This document shows positions 9,301-19,609 of a stretch of 64,000 bases of DNA, piece after piece. Position 1 is the first letter of the stretch, and every line of letters starts with the position of its first letter. This stretch comes from Candidatus Latescibacterota bacterium (GTDB taxonomy: Bacteria > Latescibacterota > UBA2968 > UBA8231): positions 672,001-736,000 of the forward strand of contig CBDCXV010000010.1 of the NCBI GenBank assembly GCA_965223905.1, given 5' to 3'. The position numbers and the translations under genes were made by a program. The notes beneath the pieces were generated by a model that did no database searches, was not told where the DNA came from, and saw only the letters and a program-made list of their open reading frames with translations.

Positions 9301-9820
9301 TCCCGAATTCAGGATGCCGACCGAACGCGCACTCCTTGGAAAAGCTGAACTGGAACTGGGGTTTTCGCGATACGAGGAAGCCGCCGAAACAACTAGTCGG
9401 TTACTTGAACTGCGCCAAATGGAATCCCTGGAAAACCGGTGGCGCGGTCATCTGATCCGTGCAAGGGCGACTTTGGCGACCGGTGATCAGACATCGTGCG
9501 AGCGGGACATCAAGGTGATTCTCGCAATACTCCCGAACCTCGGCTCTCTCCCTAGGGAAACCCTCGATGCATTGATGGAATTCAGCATCGATCTCGGGCA
9601 GGAGCGTATGTGTGAGATCATCCAGGCATCCCCTTCGGCGAAGCTGTTGCTGCCGCTCACGACAGCGCTGGAGCAGGAAATCGGACGTGAACCCCGCGTG
9701 GCCCGGGAAGTCGAGGAAGTAGCCCGGGACATCCGGCGGGATCTGGCAAGGCGACGGGAAGCTCGAGCCGATGGTAGCGAACAAAGAGATGGCGAGCCCC
9801 GCGGCCGTTCAGGCGGATAA
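6365..9820 (+). CDS. STAND-like ATPase, wHTH and long TPR-like repeat array
   Basis: KYNPGFL, Walker A GPRGSGKT, atypical Walker B LVLMVEN, LTGGSPRL, wHTH (ATTREIADRTR...SAQLTRLTERGVV), then about 11-12 43-aa helical repeats. GGAGCAGGA RBS upstream. Confidence 0.85.
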   Translation: MTVTARKYNPGFLTDEELMASFCVRTGEFESIIEMLRECTGPSNPHQIVIGPRGSGKTSLLLRVAAEVRRDPELSRGFFPVVFAEESYEVDTAGEFWLESLSRLADQAPHQEDAPDLHRTFADLRTIQDDRTLGERCLGALLDFSDREGKRLVLMVENLGMMFKDMSDQEAGWRLRKILQTEPRIILLASATSRFDEIDHPDHALYDLLRVRTLRPLDTDECTVLWEAVAGKQPRSETIRSLEILTGGSPRLVAIVARFRAGRSFRQLMEDLLDLVDDHTEYFKSHIESLPAQERRVYLALADLWKPATTREIADRTRIETSKCSAQLTRLTERGVVQVTGGSARRKQYYLTERLYNIYYLLRRNRGPDSLIETLIQFMESYYSPTELMEIGAGIVRELDAFDTEKQLLHRAALARLVELPALSRHRDELLARVPQSLLKPDRSPVLPSGADTASAGTDESKELAAATDLFNNAVELQNRNRREEALAAYDELTRRFGEKETPAVVGLVARALVNKGALLGWGDLLDEPNMEENALTAVVETINRSGSRRDALNLPDMHSMMGVSNGSGMNRMQDALDVYDDVVRRFGESKMPDLLEPVSAALIDKGTLLICLNQMEEALAVYDDVVRRFGESKMPNLLRPVAAALMGKGALFGMLKLPHKALAAFDEVIERFGEREMPNLLELVAAALVGKGGLLREMNRPRAALAAYDEVVVRCGESESPRFLRLVAEGIVSKGVLLGELNRPDEALAALDEAVSRFGQSESPMVLRLTAEALVTRGITLGRMNRLEETLETLHEVVQRFGKSEIPMVPQLVAMALFYMGVTFGRMNRAEEALAPYDEVVKRFEKSETSVPLEFVVKALVHKGIELINLNRTEEALAPLNEVVRRFRESETPAVLEMVASAFVGKGIILNDLDRSEQALAVFEEMLCCFGESESHAVLSQVVIALLNKGGTLMGLNRPEEALVAFDEVVRRFGDDSSPEFRMPTERALLGKAELELGFSRYEEAAETTSRLLELRQMESLENRWRGHLIRARATLATGDQTSCERDIKVILAILPNLGSLPRETLDALMEFSIDLGQERMCEIIQASPSAKLLLPLTTALEQEIGREPRVAREVEEVARDIRRDLARRREARADGSEQRDGEPRGRSGG
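7763..9450 (+). repeat. Intragenic tandem array of 129-bp (43-aa) TPR-like units
   Basis: Consensus approximately AxALxxKGxxLxxxNRxEEALAxYDEVVRRFGESExPxxLxxV. Near-identical DNA blocks at 8101-8152 and 8230-8281 are offset by exactly 129 bp. Confidence 0.9.
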
Positions 9821-9862
9821 CCCATTCATGGCCGAAGTCGCTTCCGCTGGCCTCCATAATCC

Positions 9863-11704
<1,842 letters not shown>

Positions 11705-11982
11705 CGGGCGACTATCAGCCTGTACCTTCGAAATAATGCGGAAGTCCGTGCCCATATTCACGGTTATGGACAGGAAGTATAGCGGGCATTTGAACCTGGC
11801 CAAGACGCATGCAACACGGCGTAGCACGGGAGACCGCATCCGCTACAGCTGGTTGTCGTGCAACAGACGGGCCGGTTTCGAGCGCCTGCTCTGCCAGGGT
11901 CCCCCGGCAGGCTTCGAGCCAGACCTTTTCTCCGTCTGTCAGGTTGGGCATGGGTGATCTTTCCAGTAGACGGACGCCGCGA

Positions 11983-12822
11983 CTATTCGGCTACCGCCTC
12001 CTCTCCCAGGTGCTCGCGAATCCACTCGCGCAGCGGCACGTCCTCCTCCTTTGGAGAGGTGAACCCCATCCCTCCGGTGGGCCCGGCCCCGAGCAGCTGC
12101 CGCCTGACGGGATCGCTGCGCTCCATGTAGTGGGCGACGGTCATGTTGTCGCGCGGCTTGAGCCAGCGGTAGCTGTACCCGTAGAACAGCACCTTGCGCG
12201 TGATGTCGGAGCGGTTGCGGCCGGCCGCGTGCCACAGCCGGCGGTCGAAGAAGACGGCGTCCCCCGGTTTGGCGCGGATCTCGGTAGCCCCGGGGGGGTC
12301 GGAGCCGTCCCCGGGCAGCTCGAGCTCGTTGCGCAGGTGGCTCCCCGGCACGACGGTGAAGTTGCCGCGGTGCGGCTGCGAGGTGTCGGTGAGGAAGTAG
12401 GCGACCTTGAGCGACACCCGGGGCCGCGGATTCCCGTCGAGCTCGATGTTCAGCCTTCCGGTGTCCTGGTGCCAGCCGAGCCGCCTCTCGAGCCGGGGGT
12501 TCTCCTCGGAAAGCGGCGGCGTCACCACGACATGGGAGTGGTAGAGCTGGATGTGCCAGCCGAGAATCCCCCACACCTTGGGGAAGGTCAGCGGCCAGTC
12601 GAGGAGCTCGAGGAAGGCGTCGTCCTTGCCGATGAAATCGAGCAGCAGGTACGACTCGCGCGGATCCGGCGGCAGCTCGATGCGGTCGGTCGCCGCCTCC
12701 AGCCTGCGCACGAGGTCGATCGGCACCACCTCCGGGACCTGGAAGAAACCGTCCCTTTCGAAGGCGAGCTGCTCTTCTTCGGTGAGGCAGTGCTCGAGAC
12801 AGGAGGGGTCCATCTTCTTCAC
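11983..12822 (-). CDS. Phytanoyl-CoA dioxygenase (PhyH) family Fe(II)/2OG oxygenase
   Basis: LTEEEQLAFERDGF, WHQD, VVPGSH, AKPGDAVFFD.RLWH motifs. Confidence 0.9.
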   Translation of the reverse strand: MKKMDPSCLEHCLTEEEQLAFERDGFFQVPEVVPIDLVRRLEAATDRIELPPDPRESYLLLDFIGKDDAFLELLDWPLTFPKVWGILGWHIQLYHSHVVVTPPLSEENPRLERRLGWHQDTGRLNIELDGNPRPRVSLKVAYFLTDTSQPHRGNFTVVPGSHLRNELELPGDGSDPPGATEIRAKPGDAVFFDRRLWHAAGRNRSDITRKVLFYGYSYRWLKPRDNMTVAHYMERSDPVRRQLLGAGPTGGMGFTSPKEEDVPLREWIREHLGEEAVAE

Positions 12823-12970
12823 CTGTTTGCGGAAGTGCTGCCGGCGCAGGTGCCTGCCCGAATCATGGGCTCCGGGCGGCAGGCCGTGCCGAAAATGAAC
12901 ATTCGCCCGGGGGCCGGATCCGGCCGCCCGCGGAGCGGGAGTTGTGCCGGGAAGCGGTGGGTGTATCTGA

Positions 12971-12999
12971 TTGACAGCCGTGGAAAAGATCGCTAAGGT
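12971..12999 (+). promoter_or_regulatory. Sigma70-like promoter for the CocE/ADH genes
   Basis: TTGACA, 17 bp, TAAGGT, 38 bp upstream of TTG 13038. GGAG RBS at 13026. Confidence 0.55.
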
Positions 13000-13037
13000 C
13001 GCCCGCCCCTGCTACCAACCTACCCGGAGACAGAGCC

Positions 13038-14711
13038 TTGGCTGAAACCTACGACGTCGACCTGCAACTCGATCTCAAGGTGCCGATGCGGGACGGCGTC
13101 GACCTCTCTGCCGACGTCTACCGGCCGCGGGCTTCCGGGCGCTTTCCCACGGTGCTGATCCGCACCCCGTACGACAACAACAGCGTCATTGCCAAGGGCC
13201 GCAGCCTCGCCAACAGGGGCTACGTCTGCGTCGCCCAGGACTGCCGCGGCCGCTGGGACTCCGACGGCACCTACTACCCGTTTCACCCGGACGGCGAAGA
13301 CGGGTACGACACCCAGGAATGGATCGGCAGGCAGGAGTGGAGCAACGGAAAAATCGGCATGTCCGGCGGCTCCTACCTCGGCCTGGTTCAGTGGCAGAGT
13401 GCCGTGCACGCCAGCGACCACCTCACCTGCATGGCCCCGCGCGTCATCTGCGCCGACTTCTACCAGGGCCTCGTCCACCCCGGCGGGGCTCTGCAGCTCG
13501 GCGTCTGCATGACCTGGGGCATGCGCACCAACGGCCGCACCGCCCAGAACATCGACTACCACAACTGGACCGAAGCCTTCCGCGGCCTGCCGCTCGCCGA
13601 CATCGACGAGCTCGCCGGCCGCAACATCCAGTTCTGGAAGGACTGGGTCGACCATCCATGCTACGACGACTACTGGGAGGCGGTCGACGTCGAGAAGCGC
13701 TTCGGCGACATCCGCGCCCCCGCCTTCAACATGGGGGGCTGGTACGATCTCTACGCGCGCGACACCTTCGTCTGCTTCAACGGCTTGCGCCGGCAGGGCG
13801 CCACAGACGAGGCGAAGCGGAGCAAGCTGATCGTCGGCCCCTGGCCCCACGGCCTGAGCACCTCGACGAGGACCGGGGACGTCGACTTCGGCGCCGACTC
13901 GATGGTCGACCTCGAAGGTCTGGAACTGCGCTGGTTCGACTACTGGCTCAAGGGGATCGACAACGGCATCGCCGACGAGCCGCCCCTGCGCCTGTTCATC
14001 ATGGGGAGCAACCAGTGGCGCGACGAACACGAGTGGCCGCTGGCGCGCACCGACTGGCAGAAATGGCACCTCCATTCGCAAGGCGACGCCAACACCCTGC
14101 TCGGGGACGGTTCGCTTGCGCCGCAGGAACCCGGCAACGAACCTCCCGACCGCTACGTGTACGACCCCGAGCTCCCGGTGCAGACCAACGGGGGCAACAA
14201 CTGCTGCTCCCCCCACATCGTCCCCTGGGGACCGTACGACCAGCGCCCGGTCGAGATGCGCGGCGACGTGCTCTGCTACACGAGCGCGCCGCTGAGGGAA
14301 GCGATGGAGGTGACCGGGCCGATAATTGTAGTGCTGTTCGCCGCCACCGACGGCCGCGACACCGACTGGACGGCGAAGCTCGTCGACGTCTCCCCGGGCG
14401 GCTACGCCATGAACCTGTGCGACGGCATCCTCCGCGCCCGCTTTCACGAGGGGTTCGAGAGCGAGTCGCTGCTCGAGCCGAACCGGATCTACCGGTACGA
14501 AATCGACGTCGCTGCAACCGGCAATCTCTTCCTCGAGGGGCACCGGATCAGGCTGGAGATCTCGTCGTCGAACTTCCCGCGCTTCGACCGCAACCCTAAC
14601 ACCGGAAACGAGCTCGGCAGGGACACCGAAATGCGCCGGGCAAGGCAGACGGTCTACCACGACTCCGACCACCCGTCGCACGTTCTGCTGCCGGTGATTC
14701 CCGCAAGCTGA
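13038..14711 (+). CDS. CocE/NonD family serine hydrolase
   Basis: VPMRDGVDLSADVYRP, RTPY, QDCRGRWDSDG, GGSYLG nucleophile elbow, GGWYD, GPWPH, C-terminal SSNFPRFDRNPNTG. Confidence 0.92.
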   Translation: MAETYDVDLQLDLKVPMRDGVDLSADVYRPRASGRFPTVLIRTPYDNNSVIAKGRSLANRGYVCVAQDCRGRWDSDGTYYPFHPDGEDGYDTQEWIGRQEWSNGKIGMSGGSYLGLVQWQSAVHASDHLTCMAPRVICADFYQGLVHPGGALQLGVCMTWGMRTNGRTAQNIDYHNWTEAFRGLPLADIDELAGRNIQFWKDWVDHPCYDDYWEAVDVEKRFGDIRAPAFNMGGWYDLYARDTFVCFNGLRRQGATDEAKRSKLIVGPWPHGLSTSTRTGDVDFGADSMVDLEGLELRWFDYWLKGIDNGIADEPPLRLFIMGSNQWRDEHEWPLARTDWQKWHLHSQGDANTLLGDGSLAPQEPGNEPPDRYVYDPELPVQTNGGNNCCSPHIVPWGPYDQRPVEMRGDVLCYTSAPLREAMEVTGPIIVVLFAATDGRDTDWTAKLVDVSPGGYAMNLCDGILRARFHEGFESESLLEPNRIYRYEIDVAATGNLFLEGHRIRLEISSSNFPRFDRNPNTGNELGRDTEMRRARQTVYHDSDHPSHVLLPVIPAS

Positions 14712-14758
14712 GAGGCCGCGGAGAATCAGTTGGCCGCAGTCTGGAAGGCTGCCATCCA

Positions 14759-15928
14759 TTGGCTGCAACCACGGTAAAGGTCGCCACCTTCGACGGCCCC
14801 GGAGCGCGCCCGCGGATCCAGGCCGTGGAACGGCCGCGGGTTCCGGAGCGGGCCGCGCTGATCGAGGTGGGGGCCTGCGGCGTCTGCGGCACCGATCTGC
14901 ACATTCTCAAGGGGCACTGGCCGAAGCCGCTTCCCTGGCCGTTCACCCTCGGCCACGAGGTCGCCGGTGTAATCGCCGAGAAGGGACCCGGCCTCGAGGC
15001 CGACTACATGGGCAAGCCCCTGGAGGTGGGAGCGAAAGTCATGATCCCACCGCTGATGCCCTGCGGCGAGTGCGACTACTGCCGCCACTACCCCGCCCAT
15101 GCCAACAAGTGCCTCAACCCGACCTACTACGGCCGCTACATCCCGTTCGCGAAGCCGCCGCACCTGTGGGGCGGCTGGGCGGAGATGGTCTACGTCGACC
15201 TCGACATGTTCCCGGCGACCAAGATCTACCGCCTGCCCGACGACATGACCTGCATGCAGGGCTCGCTCTCCGAGCCGCTCGCCTGCTGCATCCGCGCTCT
15301 CGGCCGCGCCCGCTCGACGGGCGGTTTCCAGTACGGCGATACCGTCGTCGTGCAGGGGGCCGGACCGATCGCGGTGCTGATGGTGGCCGCCGCGCGCGAG
15401 ATGGGGGCCGGGACCATCGCCGTCATCGGCGCCCCGGAAGAGCCGCGGCTCGCCCTCTGCCGAGAGTTCTCCGCGGCGGGGACCGTCTGCCTCGACGACC
15501 ATCCCACTTCCGCGGCCCGCATCGACGCGGTGCGGGACCTCCTCGCCGGCTTCGGGGCCCGGTTCGGCGCCGATCTCGTGATCGACTGCGCCGGCCACCC
15601 ATCGGCCGGCCCAGAGGGTATCGAGATGCTCCGCGACGGCGGCACCTATGTCGAGATGGGGCAGTTCACCGACGCCGGGGCGATCGCCACCAACTGGCAC
15701 CGCATCTGCGCCAAGGACGTGACCATCGTCGCTTCCTGGGGGATCACCGCGGGCGACCTGCCGCTCGGCGTCGACATGCTGCACCGGGCGCGGGAGCGAT
15801 ACCCCTGGTCGCGCATGCAGACGGTCTTTCCCTTCACCGAAGAGGGAGTGCAGGAAGCGACCCGAAAGGCCATGGCCATGGAGTGCGTCAAGGCGACCAT
15901 CCTGCCCAATCCGGCGCTCGCCGAGTAG
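14759..15928 (+). CDS. Zinc-dependent alcohol dehydrogenase (MDR family)
   Basis: CGVCGTDLH, LGHE, structural Zn CGECDYC...C, QGAGPIA, DCAGHP. Confidence 0.9.
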   Translation: MAATTVKVATFDGPGARPRIQAVERPRVPERAALIEVGACGVCGTDLHILKGHWPKPLPWPFTLGHEVAGVIAEKGPGLEADYMGKPLEVGAKVMIPPLMPCGECDYCRHYPAHANKCLNPTYYGRYIPFAKPPHLWGGWAEMVYVDLDMFPATKIYRLPDDMTCMQGSLSEPLACCIRALGRARSTGGFQYGDTVVVQGAGPIAVLMVAAAREMGAGTIAVIGAPEEPRLALCREFSAAGTVCLDDHPTSAARIDAVRDLLAGFGARFGADLVIDCAGHPSAGPEGIEMLRDGGTYVEMGQFTDAGAIATNWHRICAKDVTIVASWGITAGDLPLGVDMLHRARERYPWSRMQTVFPFTEEGVQEATRKAMAMECVKATILPNPALAE

Positions 15929-16159
15929 TTTCCCGTCCATCCACATTCTGCCGTTCCCCCGCCCAATCCCGGCAATCGATTTCCGGGCCTGGACACCAGG
16001 GTGCCGGCCGGGTATCGCTGCAATCGTCACCGAAGCTTCGCGAGATCGCCACGCCCCGGTCGCCGGGCGGCCCCCGGGAACCCGGAGATTTGTCCCACCG
16101 TCAAGTCATTCAAACCCTTCCTCCCTCCCCCGCAGCTCTTCCACCTGCGAAGCGAAACC

Positions 16160-16300
16160 ATGCCGGCCAAGCGCTCCAACGTCCGCCGAGTGCGCCAGAA
16201 GCTCGTGGCGCGGCGGCGGCTGTTTCGACTCGCCTGCAAGGACCGCGACCAGAAGATCGAGGCCCTGCCCGCGACCCGGATCTTCGTCGCCGCGGCGTAG
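16160..16300 (+). CDS. Small basic hypothetical protein (46 aa)
   Basis: MPAKRSNVRRVRQKLVARRRLFRLACKDRDQKIEALPATRIFVAAA*. Almost all codons end in G/C, like neighbouring real genes. No clear RBS. Confidence 0.5.
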   Translation: MPAKRSNVRRVRQKLVARRRLFRLACKDRDQKIEALPATRIFVAAA

Positions 16301-16557
16301 GTCTCCTGGAAACCTGCCGGACCGAATCGCAGGCGCCCGCCCGGCCTGCATGGCCGGGATGGAGCCATGTATTCGGCACTGCGTTCGCAAGACCGCAGGC
16401 AGGGACACCTGTCCGAACCTGTCCCAAGGTATTCGCCAGACGGCACACCAGTCCATGCTGCGAGGAAGGGCAGGCCGATACCGGCCTCGGTAAGGTTGGA
16501 ACCGCTGCAGGCCCGCACCTATCGTTAGCTGCATCACGCTCAACGAAAGGGTGCCCC

Positions 16558-17778
16558 ATGCCATTCGACCTGCTGCTCACAGGCGGCCACGTCATCGACC
16601 CCGGAAACTTCATCGACACCCCTGCAGATGTCGCCGTAACCGACGGCAGGATCTCCGCGGTCGAGGCCGGAATTCCCGCCTCGCAGGCCGGCAGAACGAT
16701 CGACGTCTCCGGCCTCTACGTGACCCCCGGTCTCGTCGACATCCACGTCCACCTCTACGCCACCCCGGGAAACCGGGATGCCTGGGCCGGCGACAAAAGC
16801 GTCCTGCCGGACGGCTTCGGCTTCCGCACCGGGGTGACGACCATGGTCGACACCGGATCGGCCGGCTGGCGCAACCTCGACGACTTCCGCCACCGCGTCA
16901 TCGACCGCTTCGACACCCGCGCCTACGCCCTCGTCAACATCGCCGGTCTCGGCATGGCCACCGACAGCACCGAGCAGAACGCCGCCGACATGGATCCGGA
17001 GCGGGCCGCGGCCGCGGCCCGCGAGCACGCCGACATCGTCGTCGGCATCAAGACCGCCCACTACCGCGGGCGGGACTGGACCTCCGTCGACCGCACCCTC
17101 GACGCGGGACGGCGCGCCGACCTCCCGGTCATGGTCGACTTCGGTTTCTTCCAGCGCACCCGGCCCTACTACGAGCTGGTCGGCGAGCGCCTGCGGCCCG
17201 GCGACATCAGCACCCACATGTACCGGGGGCCGATTCCGATCTGCGACGGCGACGGCAACCTCTACCCCTACCTGTGGCAGGCGCGCGAGCGCGGGGTGCT
17301 GTTCGACCTGGGGCACGGCGCCGGCAGCTTCGTCTGGGCGAACGCCCTTCCCTGCATCGAGCAGGGGTTCTATCCCGACTCGATCTCCACCGACCTGCAC
17401 ACGATGAGCATGAATGTCGGCATGCTCGACATGGCGACGACGATGTCGAAATGCCTGGTGATGGGGATGCCGTTCAACGACGTGGTCAAGGCCTCGACGG
17501 TCGACGCGGCCCGGGTGATCGGCCGCCCCGAGCACGGCCACCTGACGGTGGGAGCGGCTGCCGACGTCGCCGTGCTCAAGCTGCTCGAGGGCTCGTTCGG
17601 GTATCTCGACTCGTTCGATGGCCGCTACGAGGGGGACCGGCGCCTGGTCTGCGAGCTGACCCTGAAGGACGGCGAGGTGATGTGGGACTGGAACGGCCGT
17701 TCCGGGGTCGACTTCCGCGAGATGGGGGACAGCGTCGGCATCAGGGGAGGCGAGGAGCGCACCCCGCCCCCCGCCTGA
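16558..17778 (+). CDS. Amidohydrolase/deacetylase family metallohydrolase (dihydroorotase-like)
   Basis: LLLTGGHVIDP, TPGLVDIHVH, GVTTMVDTGSAG, VGIK, DLGHGAGSF, ISTDLH. Real start is ATG 16558; the track's 902-aa ORF is an upstream extension. Confidence 0.9.
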   Translation: MPFDLLLTGGHVIDPGNFIDTPADVAVTDGRISAVEAGIPASQAGRTIDVSGLYVTPGLVDIHVHLYATPGNRDAWAGDKSVLPDGFGFRTGVTTMVDTGSAGWRNLDDFRHRVIDRFDTRAYALVNIAGLGMATDSTEQNAADMDPERAAAAAREHADIVVGIKTAHYRGRDWTSVDRTLDAGRRADLPVMVDFGFFQRTRPYYELVGERLRPGDISTHMYRGPIPICDGDGNLYPYLWQARERGVLFDLGHGAGSFVWANALPCIEQGFYPDSISTDLHTMSMNVGMLDMATTMSKCLVMGMPFNDVVKASTVDAARVIGRPEHGHLTVGAAADVAVLKLLEGSFGYLDSFDGRYEGDRRLVCELTLKDGEVMWDWNGRSGVDFREMGDSVGIRGGEERTPPPA

Positions 17779-17784
17779 CGGGAA

Positions 17785-19008
17785 CTACACGACGACAACC
17801 GAGGTGCGCTCGATTTCGTCCCAGTCCGGTTCCGCCGGCCGCACCGGTTTCCAGGCGATCGACATGTAGCCGTTCTCGACGACCGTGGTGCCCCGGCAGT
17901 CGAGCGCCTCGTCCGGGGGGCGCGGAGCAAGACCGCCTCCTGCCGCCTCGAAAATCGGATCGTTGCTGTTGGCGAGGATGGTGTGCGGATCGCCGCCGTG
18001 CACCTGGGCGCCGAAGCTCTCGGCTAGCTGCGCCTGCTTCACCGATCCTGTGATGCCGACCCCGCGCTGGCGCACGATGTCGGCGGCTCCCAGGGCGAGG
18101 TAGGGAGCGGTGTTGAACGGCTGGCCGCCGATGGCGCCGATCCACTCCAGGGTCAGAACCGGCAGGTCGAGGGCGTCGCACAGCTTCTTCAACCCCATGA
18201 TGTCGTAGTCCTGTAACGGCTCCTCGATCCAGGTGTAGTTGAGCTTCTCGAGCTCGCGCCCGATCCGGATCGCCTCCATGCAGGTGTAGGATTCTACTGG
18301 ATCATGCAGCAGGATGAAGTCGTCCCCGAGGGCCCGGCGCAGCTCGGTTCCGAGCTCCGTGTTCCCCTTGACGCCGCGGTAGGAGTGGTCCTTGCAGCCG
18401 ACGAAGCCGTCCTCCTTGACCTTGAGGGCGCTGGCGACCAGTGCGTCGATGGTGGCCCCGCCGATGTTGCGGTACGCCGGAATCCGTTCCCGGGAGGCCC
18501 CCAGCAGCTTGTAGATCGGCATGCAGGCGTAGCGGCTCGCCAGGTCCCAGAGCATGCGGTCGACCTTGTCGACCACCCCCCTGCCGGTGTAGAAGAAGCG
18601 CTGCGCGTACCACAGCCGCTGCCAGATGAACTCGCGGTCGAAGGCGTCGACCCCGAGAAGCATCGGCGCCAACCTGACCTTGAACTCCTTGGCCGCCCAC
18701 TCGAGGTCGTCGGCGTGGAAGCCGCTGCCGAAATCGGCGTAGGCGTCGTAGCCTCCGTCGGTGACCAGGCGGATCGTCGACTTGAAGTGCGGGCTTTCCC
18801 CGGCCGCGGTGTACTCCAGGCATAGGGCTCCGGGATCGATCAGCCCTTCGTCGATGCGGATCGAACCGTCGCGGAAGCCGGCGGAGTGGGTGAACAGGCC
18901 GGAGAGGCCGGGCGGAACCTTCTCGAGCGTCCCCATGCCGCCGTTCGCGGCGCTACGGCGGCGGGTGCCGTCCGGCTGTACGTAGAACTTTACGTCCTTG
19001 ATCAACAT
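17785..19008 (-). CDS. Mandelate racemase/muconate lactonizing enzyme (enolase superfamily) protein
   Basis: DRMLWDL...MPIYKLLGASRERIPAY, KDH, metal ligands LHDP / WIEEP / TLEW. Start ATG 19008 or TTG 19017. Confidence 0.85.
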   Translation of the reverse strand: MLIKDVKFYVQPDGTRRRSAANGGMGTLEKVPPGLSGLFTHSAGFRDGSIRIDEGLIDPGALCLEYTAAGESPHFKSTIRLVTDGGYDAYADFGSGFHADDLEWAAKEFKVRLAPMLLGVDAFDREFIWQRLWYAQRFFYTGRGVVDKVDRMLWDLASRYACMPIYKLLGASRERIPAYRNIGGATIDALVASALKVKEDGFVGCKDHSYRGVKGNTELGTELRRALGDDFILLHDPVESYTCMEAIRIGRELEKLNYTWIEEPLQDYDIMGLKKLCDALDLPVLTLEWIGAIGGQPFNTAPYLALGAADIVRQRGVGITGSVKQAQLAESFGAQVHGGDPHTILANSNDPIFEAAGGGLAPRPPDEALDCRGTTVVENGYMSIAWKPVRPAEPDWDEIERTSVVVV

Positions 19009-19068
19009 GGTGGTCAAGCTCTGGATGGGATTCTTCGTGGCGGGAGGTCGGTCGGGTTGCGGGCGGGC

Positions 19069-19126
19069 AACCTAAGCCGCCGCGGTGGCCGGGTCAATTG
19101 ACAGCGCTGGCGGCATTGTGAATGAT
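19069..19126. promoter_or_regulatory. Back-to-back divergent promoters
   Basis: Minus strand TTGACC (19097-19092), 17 bp, TAGGTT (19074-19069). Plus strand TTGACA (19098-19103) with a weaker -10 (AATGAT 19121-19126). Confidence 0.45.
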
Positions 19127-19210
19127 ACTGGGCCGCATCTCCCGGAGGTGTTGCCCGGCTCGGGCAGCGCCCCGATGCCTCCACGATTTCACCAATGGAG
19201 TGAATGAACC

Positions 19211-19609
19211 ATGGCTGTCAGAACCTCCTTGCGTCCACCCGGCTGGACCTGGGCCGAAAACCTCAGTCACGACATTGGGGTCCAGGTGGGGGATACGATC
19301 TGGGTCTCCGGGCAGGTGGCCTTCGACCCCGGGGGCAACATCGTCGGGGGCGACAGCATGCGCGCCCAGGCCGACCAGGTCTTCGCCAACATCGCCGCGG
19401 TGCTCGCCGTGGCAGGGGCGACCCTGGATGACGTCGTCAAGATCACCGCCTGGCTTACGGACATGGGGCGCTACGGGGAATACAACGACGCCCGCGCCGC
19501 GGCCTTCCCCGGCCGCCTGCCGGCGAGCGCGACGGTGATGTCCCCGCAGCTGGTGGTCCCCGGGCTCCTGGTCGAGGTCGAGGCGGTCGCCGTGGTGGGT
19601 ACGACGTGA
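19211..19609 (+). CDS. RidA/YjgF family protein
   Basis: WVSGQVA, QADQVFANIAAVL, DVVKIT, PASATV, LLVEVEAVA. Confidence 0.9.
   Translation: MAVRTSLRPPGWTWAENLSHDIGVQVGDTIWVSGQVAFDPGGNIVGGDSMRAQADQVFANIAAVLAVAGATLDDVVKITAWLTDMGRYGEYNDARAAAFPGRLPASATVMSPQLVVPGLLVEVEAVAVVGTT

Noticed and set aside
1-9820. BREX, DISARM or Avs assignment
   Set aside because: No PglZ, BrxC or DrmA/B-like genes are visible, and the TPR ATPase lacks the N-terminal effector domain that defines Avs proteins.
15930-16557. tmRNA, suggested by a reading frame ending in AAA-stop
   Set aside because: No tRNA-like 5' GGGG...TCGA end and no T-arm/CCA 3' end. The ORF has its own ATG.
15070-16557. 902-aa fusion ORF 15070-17778, and similar extensions at 29963-31948, 33358-35214, 41262-43136, 44253-45506 and 62086-63237
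   Set aside because: The upstream parts are Arg/Pro-rich off-frame translations of neighbouring genes or remnants. Recognisable domains begin at internal starts.
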